A stretch of 64,000 nt of DNA from a virus. The stretch covers positions 26,103-90,102 of IMG/VR virus record IMGVR_UViG_3300036716_000695. The stretch is one strand, 5' to 3'. Positions 18,839 to 28,930 of the stretch are shown piece by piece (positions within the stretch are counted from its first letter, which is position 1; each line of letters opens with the position of its first letter). A program made the translations under genes and the position numbers. The notes under the pieces are model-generated. The model did no database searches and was not told where the DNA came from. It saw only the letters and a list, made by a program, of their open reading frames with translations.

Positions 18839-19112
18839 CTTTATAATTTTTAAGTGCTACTACTTTAGCTTCTAATATTAAATCCATAATACTATCATAG
18901 ATGCTTTCTACTGCTTCAGGAGATCCCTCACGCTCTAACTTTTTATCAATCTCTCTTTCATATAAGTCAACAGTCTTGATTACTTGTTTAATCTTCTGTT
19001 TAACTTGTTGTGTATGTATATACTGTAACCCATGTGCAAGTTCACCTATGCACTTAGTCATAGCAAATAGGATGTTTACATCCATTATTTCTTCATCTGT
19101 TAATTTAGCCAT
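18780..19112 (-). CDS. Hypothetical protein
   Basis: 110-aa helical ORF. Confidence 0.65.
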   Translation of the reverse strand: MAKLTDEEIMDVNILFAMTKCIGELAHGLQYIHTQQVKQKIKQVIKTVDLYEREIDKKLEREGSPEAVESIYDSIMDLILEAKVVALKNYKDGNTVTNEREINDSSSKKA

Positions 19113-19128
19113 ATAAATATATTAGAGC

Positions 19129-19153
19129 AAAAAAAAGCCCAAATTAATGGGCT
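19129..19153 (-). terminator. Intrinsic terminator
   Basis: AGCCC-N-GGGCT hairpin with a U-tract on the - strand. Confidence 0.6.
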
Positions 19154-19186
19154 CCTTTACATTATTTAATAAATAGAATAGGCTAC

Positions 19187-19603
19187 TTATTGACCAGGCA
19201 TGATAATTTTAGAAACTTTTGTTTCTTCAATATCTACAAAAAATTGTTTGTAATCATAAGAAGATGCATTGATTGCAAATATATTAATAAAGTCTTCAAT
19301 GTCTTTTTTATCTGATAAATAAAATTCAGAAAAAGTATCCACTAATCTTCTTTCTTCTTTATGTGTTTTACCTGTTTGCTTATTAGGTGTCTTAAGTCTC
19401 ATAGGTTGACCATCATCATCTAACTTAGGAACCATATGATAGGATTGTTTCATCACTTTACTGATGACTGCTAAAATGCCTGACGTAGGGTCAAACATAG
19501 CTTCTGTATAAGGTGAGTCATTACTGACTGGAATCATTGTAAATGATTTAGCATTTCTAAAACTAGAACTTACTAACATCATATTTTGTCCAATTTTTGA
19601 CAT
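19187..19603 (-). CDS. Hypothetical protein
   Basis: 138-aa ORF. Confidence 0.7.
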   Translation of the reverse strand: MSKIGQNMMLVSSSFRNAKSFTMIPVSNDSPYTEAMFDPTSGILAVISKVMKQSYHMVPKLDDDGQPMRLKTPNKQTGKTHKEERRLVDTFSEFYLSDKKDIEDFINIFAINASSYDYKQFFVDIEETKVSKIIMPGQ

Positions 19604-19615
19604 ATTGATTTTTTT

Positions 19616-20212
19616 TTATTTAGGCAAATATACATTACATTCTTTTAATAAAGAAAGAAATGCACCATTTTTATTAATAACTGTTTCTTTTATCAAGTCT
19701 GGCGGGCTGCATAATTCAAACACATCTTCTAAAAGTTCTACTTCAACATCTAGCTCATCAGCATAAAATTCATGAAATCCTTCTGGTGATAAAAATGCTT
19801 CAACAAAGTCTGAAGATTTAGAATCACTAAAGAAATCTATAATTATTACCTTAGAGTTTAAACTAAATTGAGAATATTTTCCTTTTAGAAATTTGTTAAA
19901 GTCACTTTTATAGCCTGAGAAATCAAAAACAAATAAATGTTTATTATCTCCCAGGTCTATATACTCATCAAATTTAGGATGGTTTCTTATGTATCTTTTA
20001 CAGAACTTATCAAATGAATCACACATTTTAACTTTGTATTCACAAAGAAATTTGTAATCATCAAAAGAGTGCACATTATCCATAGCTATATAAGTTTGCT
20101 TTGGAACGTATGCCAATCCTTTCTTTAAATCCAATAAAGGATAAAGAAAGACCCTACTCTTCTGAAAATAATCTGTATACACAATACCCATACTATAATC
20201 TAACTTTTTCAA
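19616..20212 (-). CDS. Hypothetical protein
   Basis: 198-aa ORF overlapping the nuclease gene. Confidence 0.7.
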   Translation of the reverse strand: MKKLDYSMGIVYTDYFQKSRVFLYPLLDLKKGLAYVPKQTYIAMDNVHSFDDYKFLCEYKVKMCDSFDKFCKRYIRNHPKFDEYIDLGDNKHLFVFDFSGYKSDFNKFLKGKYSQFSLNSKVIIIDFFSDSKSSDFVEAFLSPEGFHEFYADELDVEVELLEDVFELCSPPDLIKETVINKNGAFLSLLKECNVYLPK

Positions 20213-21191
20213 TTAAGAAATTATAAGGTAAGCTATAATTTCTTTCATTATAATGGTATTCTGCAGCCTTAATTACATTACTAAAAGCTTGCGCCCATTT
20301 ATTAAGTGTAGCATCTGTAACTTCAAAAGTATAAACTTGGTTATATTTATCTATAACAACAAACTTAAACTCAATCTTATACTCATCTACATTATCAATT
20401 GATTTACTTATATCTTCATAAACAAGTTTACAATAAATAGCAGCTTGAAGCCAGTAGTTATAAAACTCTACTGTATCATTAAAGTCAGCTATTGTTTTAC
20501 CTGTAGTTTTAAGATCACATATAGTTATAAGCTTCTCATCATGATTAACTTTATAGTAATCTATGTAACCATGCAAACCAAAAGGCATTTTAGATAATGT
20601 ACAACTCAGATATTTTTCTGCATGAGTTTCTATTGGGTCTAAATCAAAGTCTGTTGAAACTTCTTCAAATATTGCCATAACATCACTGTTACTTTTAATA
20701 AACTCTGCCTGCTCTGTACACTTTAATAAAGTATCTTGATCTACAACATCAACGTTTTTGTTAGATAAGAATTCCCAATAAGGTTCAAACTCATCTTTTA
20801 TAATCTTAACAATACGTTGCTCATCTGTTTTTAGAGACTGATACAAATTCATTTCTTTGAGTGAATCCAATACTATTTCAGATGGGACATCAAATAACTT
20901 TTCTGCATCAGTATATAAAGACATGTTCTTTAAAACCTTTCTAACACTATCTGATGGTGCTTTACCAGGTACAATACTAAACTTGTTCTCAACGTTTTCA
21001 GGTTCAAACACCAAACAATGTACAAGCTTGCCTTCTACTAAATGTTTATCTGTTCTAACCTCACGGTCATTTAAAATATAGTCCTTATAAAATAAGGATG
21101 GTGAAAATAAAAGTTTATTTAAAGAAGAGTAGCTAAACTTAAATTTATCATTTGAGTAAAACTGCTCTTCTTTTTCAATGTTTCTATTCAT
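20193..21191 (-). CDS. PD-(D/E)xK exonuclease (RecE/Cas4-like)
   Basis: FSYSSL, G..VH..V.E, E...GYID, DLKTT and Y..QAAIY. Confidence 0.8.
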   Translation of the reverse strand: MNRNIEKEEQFYSNDKFKFSYSSLNKLLFSPSLFYKDYILNDREVRTDKHLVEGKLVHCLVFEPENVENKFSIVPGKAPSDSVRKVLKNMSLYTDAEKLFDVPSEIVLDSLKEMNLYQSLKTDEQRIVKIIKDEFEPYWEFLSNKNVDVVDQDTLLKCTEQAEFIKSNSDVMAIFEEVSTDFDLDPIETHAEKYLSCTLSKMPFGLHGYIDYYKVNHDEKLITICDLKTTGKTIADFNDTVEFYNYWLQAAIYCKLVYEDISKSIDNVDEYKIEFKFVVIDKYNQVYTFEVTDATLNKWAQAFSNVIKAAEYHYNERNYSLPYNFLIEKVRL

Positions 21192-22350
21192 TAATTGAGT
21201 TATTATATTTTTCCTTTAATACAAGATGTTCTAAATCAACTTTAAATACTTCAGCTCCTGGTCCTACCATTGCATTTAAGCATTTATTGAGAAATAAAGA
21301 TCTGGTATTGTCAACAGCAAATTTAGTTAATTTTCTATCTTCTGTCAAAGCCATGATGTATCTATTATAAGAATAAACATTATTAGTATCATGACCACCT
21401 TCATATGATTTTAACCGTGACCTCATAGCTTTTACATTTACTGTATTCCAATTATTAGTAGCTTTCATCCAATCATAGTGCCACCAATACAAACTAGATA
21501 CTACATTAAATGATTTTTCTATATTAGAATTAGCTAGCATTTCAAGAGCCAATGTTCTATTTTCTATATCATTACTTGTAATCATCTGTTCTATGGTACC
21601 GTATTGATCATCTTCAATAATTGCTAAATCTTCATCAATTATTTCAGTTATTGCAGTATCAAATACAACAGTAGCTACAGAATTAACAACTCTATCATAA
21701 TCTTTAACTTTACCTTTTTCAATCATAACTACTCTAGATCCTAGATTTGCTGCTTCATGAAAAGGTTCTGTAATCTTAAGAAATTGGTCTCTCCATAACT
21801 GAACATTATTACTACTATTATAGTAGTGTTGATTAAAAGCAACAATAGAGTTTTGATCCATTCCAGATAGTTTTTCTCTAAGCTGATTAAGAGCTCCATC
21901 AGTAAACATACCTTTCTCTTTTGCTATAATACAAACTCTAACGAAGTCTCTGTAATCTAAAAATTTATTACTATACCAATTGTATGTGAATAAAGATTCT
22001 AAAAACTTATATGACACTACATGTATGTCTGCCTTATCACTATTCCTAGTAATTTTACAATCAAACCTTTCCTTTAACAAATCAAACTTTTGTCTTGGTA
22101 AGTTTAATTTAGGATATCTATAAATCTTTACATCTTGTAAGCTAATAACAGATGGTTGCTGTTTACCAGTAACTATGTTATGTAACCCAAAATTTGCAAG
22201 ATCATCACCTGATAAATGATAGTTATCACTACTACCAACATACAGTTCATCTGTTAGTTCTATATCAAATGCTCCAGATGTTAGTTCAACGTTTTTGTTG
22301 ACTGTAACATCATCTCTCTTTAAATTAAAATTATATATTTTTTTAGTCAT
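21184..22350 (-). CDS. Uncharacterised protein with a BRCT-like segment; paralogue of 22343-23380
   Basis: KIYRYPKLNLPRQKF...KITRNSDKADIHVV and C-terminal Y..I..MI.S.D.EN..LALEML. Confidence 0.7.
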   Translation of the reverse strand: MTKKIYNFNLKRDDVTVNKNVELTSGAFDIELTDELYVGSSDNYHLSGDDLANFGLHNIVTGKQQPSVISLQDVKIYRYPKLNLPRQKFDLLKERFDCKITRNSDKADIHVVSYKFLESLFTYNWYSNKFLDYRDFVRVCIIAKEKGMFTDGALNQLREKLSGMDQNSIVAFNQHYYNSSNNVQLWRDQFLKITEPFHEAANLGSRVVMIEKGKVKDYDRVVNSVATVVFDTAITEIIDEDLAIIEDDQYGTIEQMITSNDIENRTLALEMLANSNIEKSFNVVSSLYWWHYDWMKATNNWNTVNVKAMRSRLKSYEGGHDTNNVYSYNRYIMALTEDRKLTKFAVDNTRSLFLNKCLNAMVGPGAEVFKVDLEHLVLKEKYNNSINE

Positions 22351-23380
22351 TTTTTAAATATTTTTGATATTCTTTTTTTACAGCTACTTTAAAAGTATAA
22401 AGATCCCTGTTATGAATGCTTATTTCTTTTCTTACTATAGGTTCTAAATATCTGAAACTTGTTTTACATAACAATTCTCTCTCTTCTAACCAAAGTATCA
22501 TGTCCTGAGCACTCTTTCTTTCAAAATCAAGAAATCCAGATTCTTTTAACCAATACTGTAGATCTTTATCTCTGTTATCTGCATATGTTATACTACTACA
22601 GTCTTGTGAAAATTGCCATAATAAATGATAATTTTTTTTATAATCTATAGTAGGAACAATTTTAAGAGCTAAGGCCTTATCATCACCATAAGCCTTTAAT
22701 TGCGCTTTTAAATCATTAAACAGACCTTCATCAAGAGTCATTTTAGTAGCAGATGCATGTAACACAGTCTCAGGATCAATAACACTAACATGTGTGGTAT
22801 CAATTATATGAGCCAAGTTTATAGCCATACCAGTAAGCATCCAGGTATCATATAGACTATCATTTATATCTATATCATAATATCTTACATTGTCTGTAAT
22901 CTTAGGTGTAATAATACATTCTAAACCAGAATCTGAGACTTTTTTTAGGACACCTGTTTTTGTTGCATCTCCCATTGTAGTTTCATAATTCCATATCTTA
23001 TTCATCATTATAGTAGACGGGATATTTTCCGCATTCTGTAATGTATGAGTAGAAATATCCTCATGCCCAATTATAAGATCTGCTAATTCATAATCATTTG
23101 TAACAGTTATACCGTGCTCTTTAAGAGCAGCCTTTAATCTATCTTGTGATACATTACACTTAGGTAGTATAAAAGCTTTCTTTTTGGTTCTAAAAGTTTG
23201 GTCATCTTCTGTGGGGACCGTTAATATACTGTGTATTTTTTCATATGTTGTTTGATCTTGAGTACATAATACTTTATTACAGTCTGTATTAGAGAGGACA
23301 CCATAAACGGTGTCACTCTCCAATGCAAAGTAATTTAAAGCATCAGTATCAAAATCTTGATATACTGATTTATTTGCCAT
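22343..23380 (-). CDS. Uncharacterised protein with a BRCT-like segment; paralogue of 21184-22350
   Basis: KAFILPKCNVSQDRL...TVTNDYELADLII and C-terminal F..L..QL....DD.ALAL. Confidence 0.7.
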   Translation of the reverse strand: MANKSVYQDFDTDALNYFALESDTVYGVLSNTDCNKVLCTQDQTTYEKIHSILTVPTEDDQTFRTKKKAFILPKCNVSQDRLKAALKEHGITVTNDYELADLIIGHEDISTHTLQNAENIPSTIMMNKIWNYETTMGDATKTGVLKKVSDSGLECIITPKITDNVRYYDIDINDSLYDTWMLTGMAINLAHIIDTTHVSVIDPETVLHASATKMTLDEGLFNDLKAQLKAYGDDKALALKIVPTIDYKKNYHLLWQFSQDCSSITYADNRDKDLQYWLKESGFLDFERKSAQDMILWLEERELLCKTSFRYLEPIVRKEISIHNRDLYTFKVAVKKEYQKYLKND

Positions 23381-23381
23381 T

Positions 23382-24650
23382 TTATTTCATTGTCATTTTA
23401 ACAATCTCAGGGATCATCATTAATTTATTGAACTTTTGTTTATTACCACTAAATATTGATCTTACAATCAAATATTTTAAGTCATTAGTAAAATAGTCTT
23501 CAGTACATAGTGTCTTTAGTCTATCTGTATTCTTTTGACTTACGGTATTTTCTTTAGAATACACAACAGCATAATTTGCTAAACGTGTAGCTAATGTAGA
23601 TGCTATATCAGCACGGTAATTATCATCCTTACCAATACAACTTCTAAGTTCACCTAAAATATATTGCTGATTATCATGTGTCAACAAATCTTTTGGTGTT
23701 ACAAGCTTATCAAGTTTATTATTAATGAAGGTTGTGAACATTGATGCAAAAGCATCACCTACACTACCCTCACCAATCATTTGAATCATGCTGAGGTTAT
23801 CTTCAAAATTATCAAAACTTGATATAGCATTAAAGAATGTAGTAATAGATCTTGCATTTGTTTCTTGAGTTACTAACTCAGGATTCAATAACAAAAAGTT
23901 AATACATCTAGAATCTACACCTGCTTCTTCTGCCCATTGAGCCCATACATTAACATCAAACTTAAGATTTGCGGTTACATATCTAGTCTTCTGTGCACTA
24001 TCTACACTGTTAACCATATAATCTCCGTTATCCGGGTTAGCTGTTAATATAATATGCCAATCCTGTGGTAGTGTCCATGAAATATAAGACTGTCTGTCAA
24101 TCAATTCCATACAAGCTTGAATAAAACGTACATCAGCACGGTTCCAGTCATCTAGTAATAAGATACCACCTGATTTTTTATCAGCAATCCACTCTGGTGG
24201 ACAATAAGACATTCTGTTCTTACCAGTCATTTTGTATCCATTTTTTAGATACTCTTGTACAGCAAGTTCATCAACCCATAAACCAACTTTTTTGGTTTTT
24301 GCTTGAGGCATCTTTGCCAGAGATGATGATGCAGCAGCTCTTTGTGCAGCAGTATAAGATATGTCATTTTTATTTTCTGAAACTTTTGTCTCTTTATACA
24401 TTTGGAATTGTCTAACTGGGAAACCTACTAAGTCACCTAGCTCTTCTATCTGTGCTAAGTTTAACTTAACAAAGTTTAAATCATTCTCTTTAGCTAGTTC
24501 AACAATGGTTGACGTTTTACCAATACCTGATTCACCAACAACCTCAACAGATACAGATTGCTTACCTTCTTTTTGTAAGAATCTGTTGTTTGTGATTATG
24601 TGGTTTACAAATCCTTTTAGTTCTGTAGCATTTAAATTTACTTGACCCAT
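23382..24650 (-). CDS. MoxR-like AAA+ ATPase
   Basis: Walker A GESGIGKT, E.GDLVGFP, Walker B LLLDDWNRA, sensor TANP, Arg finger SAQKTR. Confidence 0.85.
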   Translation of the reverse strand: MGQVNLNATELKGFVNHIITNNRFLQKEGKQSVSVEVVGESGIGKTSTIVELAKENDLNFVKLNLAQIEELGDLVGFPVRQFQMYKETKVSENKNDISYTAAQRAAASSSLAKMPQAKTKKVGLWVDELAVQEYLKNGYKMTGKNRMSYCPPEWIADKKSGGILLLDDWNRADVRFIQACMELIDRQSYISWTLPQDWHIILTANPDNGDYMVNSVDSAQKTRYVTANLKFDVNVWAQWAEEAGVDSRCINFLLLNPELVTQETNARSITTFFNAISSFDNFEDNLSMIQMIGEGSVGDAFASMFTTFINNKLDKLVTPKDLLTHDNQQYILGELRSCIGKDDNYRADIASTLATRLANYAVVYSKENTVSQKNTDRLKTLCTEDYFTNDLKYLIVRSIFSGNKQKFNKLMMIPEIVKMTMK

Positions 24651-24665
24651 TTTTACTTTTTTAAT

Positions 24666-25829
24666 TTAATTTAGTTTTATCTTTTGTCCTGGTAATTCAT
24701 CATTTATCTCTGATATACTGCTATGTACCCATAGGGTATTTTTTGGACAGTCATCAGGAGAATATGCTTCACCGTCTGTTAAATATATAAGAGCTGTATA
24801 AACTCCTTTCTTTTCATTATAGTGATCAATTACTGGTTGGAAGCTTGTTCCACCACGACCATGTATTTCCCAATCTTTTTTAGGATTGAATTCTTTTACA
24901 CTTTTAAGCTGTGTATCACACTGTGCAACTGTAATCTTATGACCAGTTTTATGCATATGTGCTAACTCAGAGAAGAATTCTTTTAGTTCTTCTGTATTTA
25001 CAGATCCTGATGTATCAACACCAACAAGTATGTGATTCTTAAACTTTATCTTTAAACCTGGATTCTCAGAATAACGTTTATTATACTTACGTCTCATTTT
25101 TCTAGTGTAAACTATACTTGAATTACCAACAAACCTTCTTAAGTAAGCTTTCCAATTAAACTTTGCAGGTTCAACATGCATTAACTTGTGAATTAGTTCT
25201 GCTAACTCTCCTGGCACACTACCTTGCTTTTTAAGAGTTTCTTGTGTTGCTTCCTTAAGCTGATGATCAACCTGTTTTTGTACAAGCTTTTTATCTGCTT
25301 CAGATAAATCATCAAATTCATTCCATGTACCATGACAATATTGTGATTCACCATTCATTTCATCCATTAGATTATCTAATGAAGGAGAACTCCCATCTTG
25401 CTGCGCTTGTTCCAAAAGTTTATAATATTCTTTTGTTCCTGCTTTAGTAGGAAGATTTAATTCAGGAAAACTTGAGAGTAATAAACCACCTTCAGGTAAT
25501 TTACTTTCCAGTATGTACTGGTTGATCTCTAAATCAGCAGCTATGTTAAATAACTTATGATTAGAATATAGATCTCTCATTACTAAGTGCCCAAATGCAA
25601 TGTGTAATAGCTCATGCTTTACCAAACCATACCTATGATCTTCACTTAAGTTTAAGTAAAAATCAGGATTGATTGTTAACTGCATGCCAATACCGTGTTT
25701 ACTAACACCTGCTGTAGGTATTTTATCACTGTATTGTTTATTTATACCAATTAAAAAAAGCCCGTAAAAGGGCTCTTCAAATATTAAACTTTTAGTTGTC
25801 CGTGCAACTATATCTTGTATGTTCATCAT
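24666..25829 (-). CDS. Zn-metallopeptidase plus vWA domain protein (DUF2201-like)
   Basis: HELLH and FNIAADLEIN; vWA MIDAS DTSGS, GGTSF, LTDGE. Confidence 0.88.
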   Translation of the reverse strand: MMNIQDIVARTTKSLIFEEPFYGLFLIGINKQYSDKIPTAGVSKHGIGMQLTINPDFYLNLSEDHRYGLVKHELLHIAFGHLVMRDLYSNHKLFNIAADLEINQYILESKLPEGGLLLSSFPELNLPTKAGTKEYYKLLEQAQQDGSSPSLDNLMDEMNGESQYCHGTWNEFDDLSEADKKLVQKQVDHQLKEATQETLKKQGSVPGELAELIHKLMHVEPAKFNWKAYLRRFVGNSSIVYTRKMRRKYNKRYSENPGLKIKFKNHILVGVDTSGSVNTEELKEFFSELAHMHKTGHKITVAQCDTQLKSVKEFNPKKDWEIHGRGGTSFQPVIDHYNEKKGVYTALIYLTDGEAYSPDDCPKNTLWVHSSISEINDELPGQKIKLN

Positions 25830-25831
25830 AT

Positions 25832-26122
25832 CTATATAATTTTATCTAATATTTTTTTATAAGTTTCTTCATTATATGTACCACCAATATCAATAAGTAT
25901 ACATTTTATTGTAAGAGAACCTAAAGAATATTTAATGTTTCTACTTTTCAAAAACAATTTTCTTGCATCATAATGCAAAGCTTTAGCAAATAGCTTATCA
26001 GTTATATATTTATCTTGTAACTCTAAACTATTATAACAATGCATTCCTAAATCAAAATCAACAGGTAGGCCATTAAGTAATCTTAAAATATTAAAGAAAT
26101 CACTTTTCTTTATTACATTCAT
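25832..26122 (-). CDS. Small hypothetical protein
   Basis: 96 aa; its N-terminus resembles the C-terminal helical motif of the two paralogues downstream. Confidence 0.6.
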   Translation of the reverse strand: MNVIKKSDFFNILRLLNGLPVDFDLGMHCYNSLELQDKYITDKLFAKALHYDARKLFLKSRNIKYSLGSLTIKCILIDIGGTYNEETYKKILDKII

Positions 26123-26498
26123 CAGTTAATATTTCTATCCATACTCCAGGATTCTGTTTATCATATGTATATTGAATAAATACAGGAAGAATAAACTCTG
26201 CATTATCATCCTCAATCCAACCCGCTTTAACCATATCATCTTGAACTGTTTGTGCAGGATTGATGTAATCAAATTTATGTTTGGTACCCCTTACAAATGT
26301 AAAAGATATCTTAGCCGGCAAAGTACATTTAGATAATTCTGCTTTAAACTCTTCAGCATACTTTTCATAGTATTCTTTAGTAAGCTTTCTATAGTTAACT
26401 ACTGTCTTACTAGCTATAAAGTATTTACCCGTCCATCTTCTTCCATTTTTACTGGAAGGTACGGAACCTGGTATCCACCATTTTTTTGGTTTTTTCAT
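26100..26498 (-). CDS. RusA-like Holliday junction resolvase
   Basis: PG.VPSSKN, D..N.....D.M...G.I.DDN, and D..NP.V.I motifs. Confidence 0.8.
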   Translation of the reverse strand: MKKPKKWWIPGSVPSSKNGRRWTGKYFIASKTVVNYRKLTKEYYEKYAEEFKAELSKCTLPAKISFTFVRGTKHKFDYINPAQTVQDDMVKAGWIEDDNAEFILPVFIQYTYDKQNPGVWIEILTDECNKEK

Positions 26499-26499
26499 A

Positions 26500-27474
26500 T
26501 TATTTATTAAGTGTTTGCTTTAGTAATGGTTTTAATGCTTCATGTAACTTATCAAAGCCATGTTTTTCCATAGCATCTGATATGTCTTTGCATATAGTTA
26601 AGTAACATCCTTGAATATTATATGCATTTGCATATCTTTCAATTGCTTTAAAACCTGCTTCATCATTATCAAACAATGTAATAACCTTTTTATACTTTTT
26701 TTTAAAGTTTTGTATAATGTGAGGTTTAATTATAGTATTCTCTGAGTCTGGTGCTACAACTTCAACGTTATAACCCATACTTTTTAAACACATTGCATCT
26801 TTTAATGATGAACATATTACTAAATAAGGTTTCTCATATTTCAATTGATCTAGTCCCTGAAGATAAGTATTAACTTTATGAAATCTATGTTTACTCTTGG
26901 GTTGATATATTTTATATACTTCTCCATGTTTATTAAAGTAACCATAAATTCTTGGTGCCTGTATTTTCAATGTATTAATGTGGCCATCTTCTTGCTTTAT
27001 GAGATTATAATACTCAATTGGCTTGACATTATACAAATCCAACATAGACATACCTATCCTATAGGATAACCAGTAATCTGCATCTAATTGATTCCAAGGT
27101 CTGTGTTTTATAAAATCCACTTCCCATTTAGATACAGGTTTAAATTCAATTTTAGCTTTACCATTCTGCTTGACATATATATTATAGTCAGATATAATTT
27201 TCATTACAGCTTTAGTATAACCAATATTAAACATAAGTTTTACTAAGTCAACTTTATTACCATTATTACCAGTTGAGAAGTCTTTAAATTTATATTGACT
27301 TATTCTTGGGTCAACATAAACACAAAAGCTTGGTGTTTTCTCATTAGGATTAAATACTGAATGTATTTTTATATCCTGTCCTGTTAAGGTTTCTGATAAA
27401 TTTAAATAATATTGAAACACCCAATAACTTGGTATATCATCTATTTCTAATACTAAATTTTTAGTGTTAAACAT
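26500..27474 (-). CDS. DnaG-type (TOPRIM) primase
   Basis: Degenerate Zn-ribbon (SVFNPNEKTPSF..FKDF), SLKD and LFDNDEAG, KDISD. Start taken at MFNTKN, after the upstream terminator. Confidence 0.8.
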   Translation of the reverse strand: MFNTKNLVLEIDDIPSYWVFQYYLNLSETLTGQDIKIHSVFNPNEKTPSFCVYVDPRISQYKFKDFSTGNNGNKVDLVKLMFNIGYTKAVMKIISDYNIYVKQNGKAKIEFKPVSKWEVDFIKHRPWNQLDADYWLSYRIGMSMLDLYNVKPIEYYNLIKQEDGHINTLKIQAPRIYGYFNKHGEVYKIYQPKSKHRFHKVNTYLQGLDQLKYEKPYLVICSSLKDAMCLKSMGYNVEVVAPDSENTIIKPHIIQNFKKKYKKVITLFDNDEAGFKAIERYANAYNIQGCYLTICKDISDAMEKHGFDKLHEALKPLLKQTLNK

Positions 27475-27487
27475 ATTAATCAAATTG

Positions 27488-27514
27488 AAAAAAAAAGGGG
27501 GCATTACACCCCCT
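27488..27514 (-). terminator. Intrinsic terminator after the SSB-like gene
   Basis: AGGGGG-loop-CCCCCT with a long A-run on the + strand. Confidence 0.75.
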
Positions 27515-27536
27515 CTAATTTTAGGTTAATTTCTGA

Positions 27537-28211
27537 CTACAGATCAAAGTCACTTGCTGATGAAGTTGTTGGCTCAAAGCTTGTTGTTGCTGGAGCATCT
27601 GTTTTAACAACTTTTCTTAAGTGAAGAGGATTGTTAGAATCAAATGTAATTAATTTAGATGACTCTACATCAAGTGCTTCTATTGGCACATTACCTTTAC
27701 TCATTTTTGGTAGAAACAAATCATTGTTAATATAACCTTCTTTGTTTTCCCATTCACGTGCTGCAAGGCATACGTTTACAAAACCTGAATTAGAAAAGAT
27801 ACCATTACATGCACTCATGAATTCTTCAATTGTGTTTGCACTAATCTTATCTAGATCCGCTCTTTTGTTTAGAGTTTCAGCTAAAAATACCATAGCTTTC
27901 ATAACTTCATTGTCACGGCTAATCTCATTACCATTAGGAAGAATAGTATCTTTATATGCATAAGGGCTAAACCTTACTCTACCTACTTGACCTGAATAAC
28001 GTGGTCCATTAGGATTATTTTGATCTACTAAAAATCCTTGAAATTCACCTGTTACAGGCTCACTTTCTACATGCAATGTAATGTTATATGCATTTGCATC
28101 ATATGGTGTTTGATCAAAAGTAACAGAGTTAATCTTTACTTTTTGGTTACCTGTTCCAATAACTGGTTTTTCTTTGCCTGATCCGGCTGTCATTCCTTGT
28201 GTGTTAAACAT
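27537..28211 (-). CDS. Putative single-stranded DNA-binding protein
   Basis: Lies between the Sak4-like ATPase and the primase; beta-rich with an acidic/aromatic tail (SDFDL). Confidence 0.55.
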   Translation of the reverse strand: MFNTQGMTAGSGKEKPVIGTGNQKVKINSVTFDQTPYDANAYNITLHVESEPVTGEFQGFLVDQNNPNGPRYSGQVGRVRFSPYAYKDTILPNGNEISRDNEVMKAMVFLAETLNKRADLDKISANTIEEFMSACNGIFSNSGFVNVCLAAREWENKEGYINNDLFLPKMSKGNVPIEALDVESSKLITFDSNNPLHLRKVVKTDAPATTSFEPTTSSASDFDL

Positions 28212-28246
28212 AATTTTTACTTTTTAATTATTGATTTTTAAATAAA

Positions 28247-28930
28247 TTACTCTTCATATTTTTTAATGCAGTCTTTTACATACTGCAGGTTGTTTGGGAT
28301 GAAGAAGTCTTCAAACATACCTTGTGGTGATTTACATGTGTTCTCTCCATTGTTTTGAGTTTCAAAACCATATTCAAGTTCACCATCATCATTTTTATTT
28401 ACCTTTCCAAATAGAACTATAGAAAACAGACCTTCCAAAGTTAGTGTGTTATCTATCATTTTACCAATGGTTTTTGCTTTAATTTTTCTATTACCATTGA
28501 TATCAGTTGAATCTTCAGAATGAGTTAAAAATATTACAGTTAAGTCATCCCTTAGATCTTTAGGCATTTTAGCTACTGTAGCTAAGTTTGCTGCAATCTG
28601 GGTAAACTTATCATAACCTTTCTCATTAGCTCTATCAAAGTATTCAAAAGAACTCATATACTGCCAATCATCAATAACTAATGTTTTGATCTTTGGCATT
28701 TTTTGATCTACATGTGTAATTGCCTTCATTATTCCAGCTGCTGATGAAGAAGAAGCCAAATTACCTTTTGGATTTTCTTTATTGATTGCTGTATAATTAG
28801 ATTTCCAACCTTTAAAAGGTAGTGGTTTGTTTGCAATGTTAATTATAAATGTTTCATCAGGATCTAAGTGTCTAATTGATGTTGATTTACCTGTACCTGA
28901 ATCTGCTATTATTAATATGCTGTTTGCCAT
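28247..28930 (-). CDS. AAA_24 / Sak4-like ATPase (recombinase)
   Basis: ADSGTGKS, NKPLPF, VIDD.QY, KTIGKM.D, EGLF, KSP.GMF, IPN.L. Confidence 0.8.
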   Translation of the reverse strand: MANSILIIADSGTGKSTSIRHLDPDETFIINIANKPLPFKGWKSNYTAINKENPKGNLASSSSAAGIMKAITHVDQKMPKIKTLVIDDWQYMSSFEYFDRANEKGYDKFTQIAANLATVAKMPKDLRDDLTVIFLTHSEDSTDINGNRKIKAKTIGKMIDNTLTLEGLFSIVLFGKVNKNDDGELEYGFETQNNGENTCKSPQGMFEDFFIPNNLQYVKDCIKKYEE

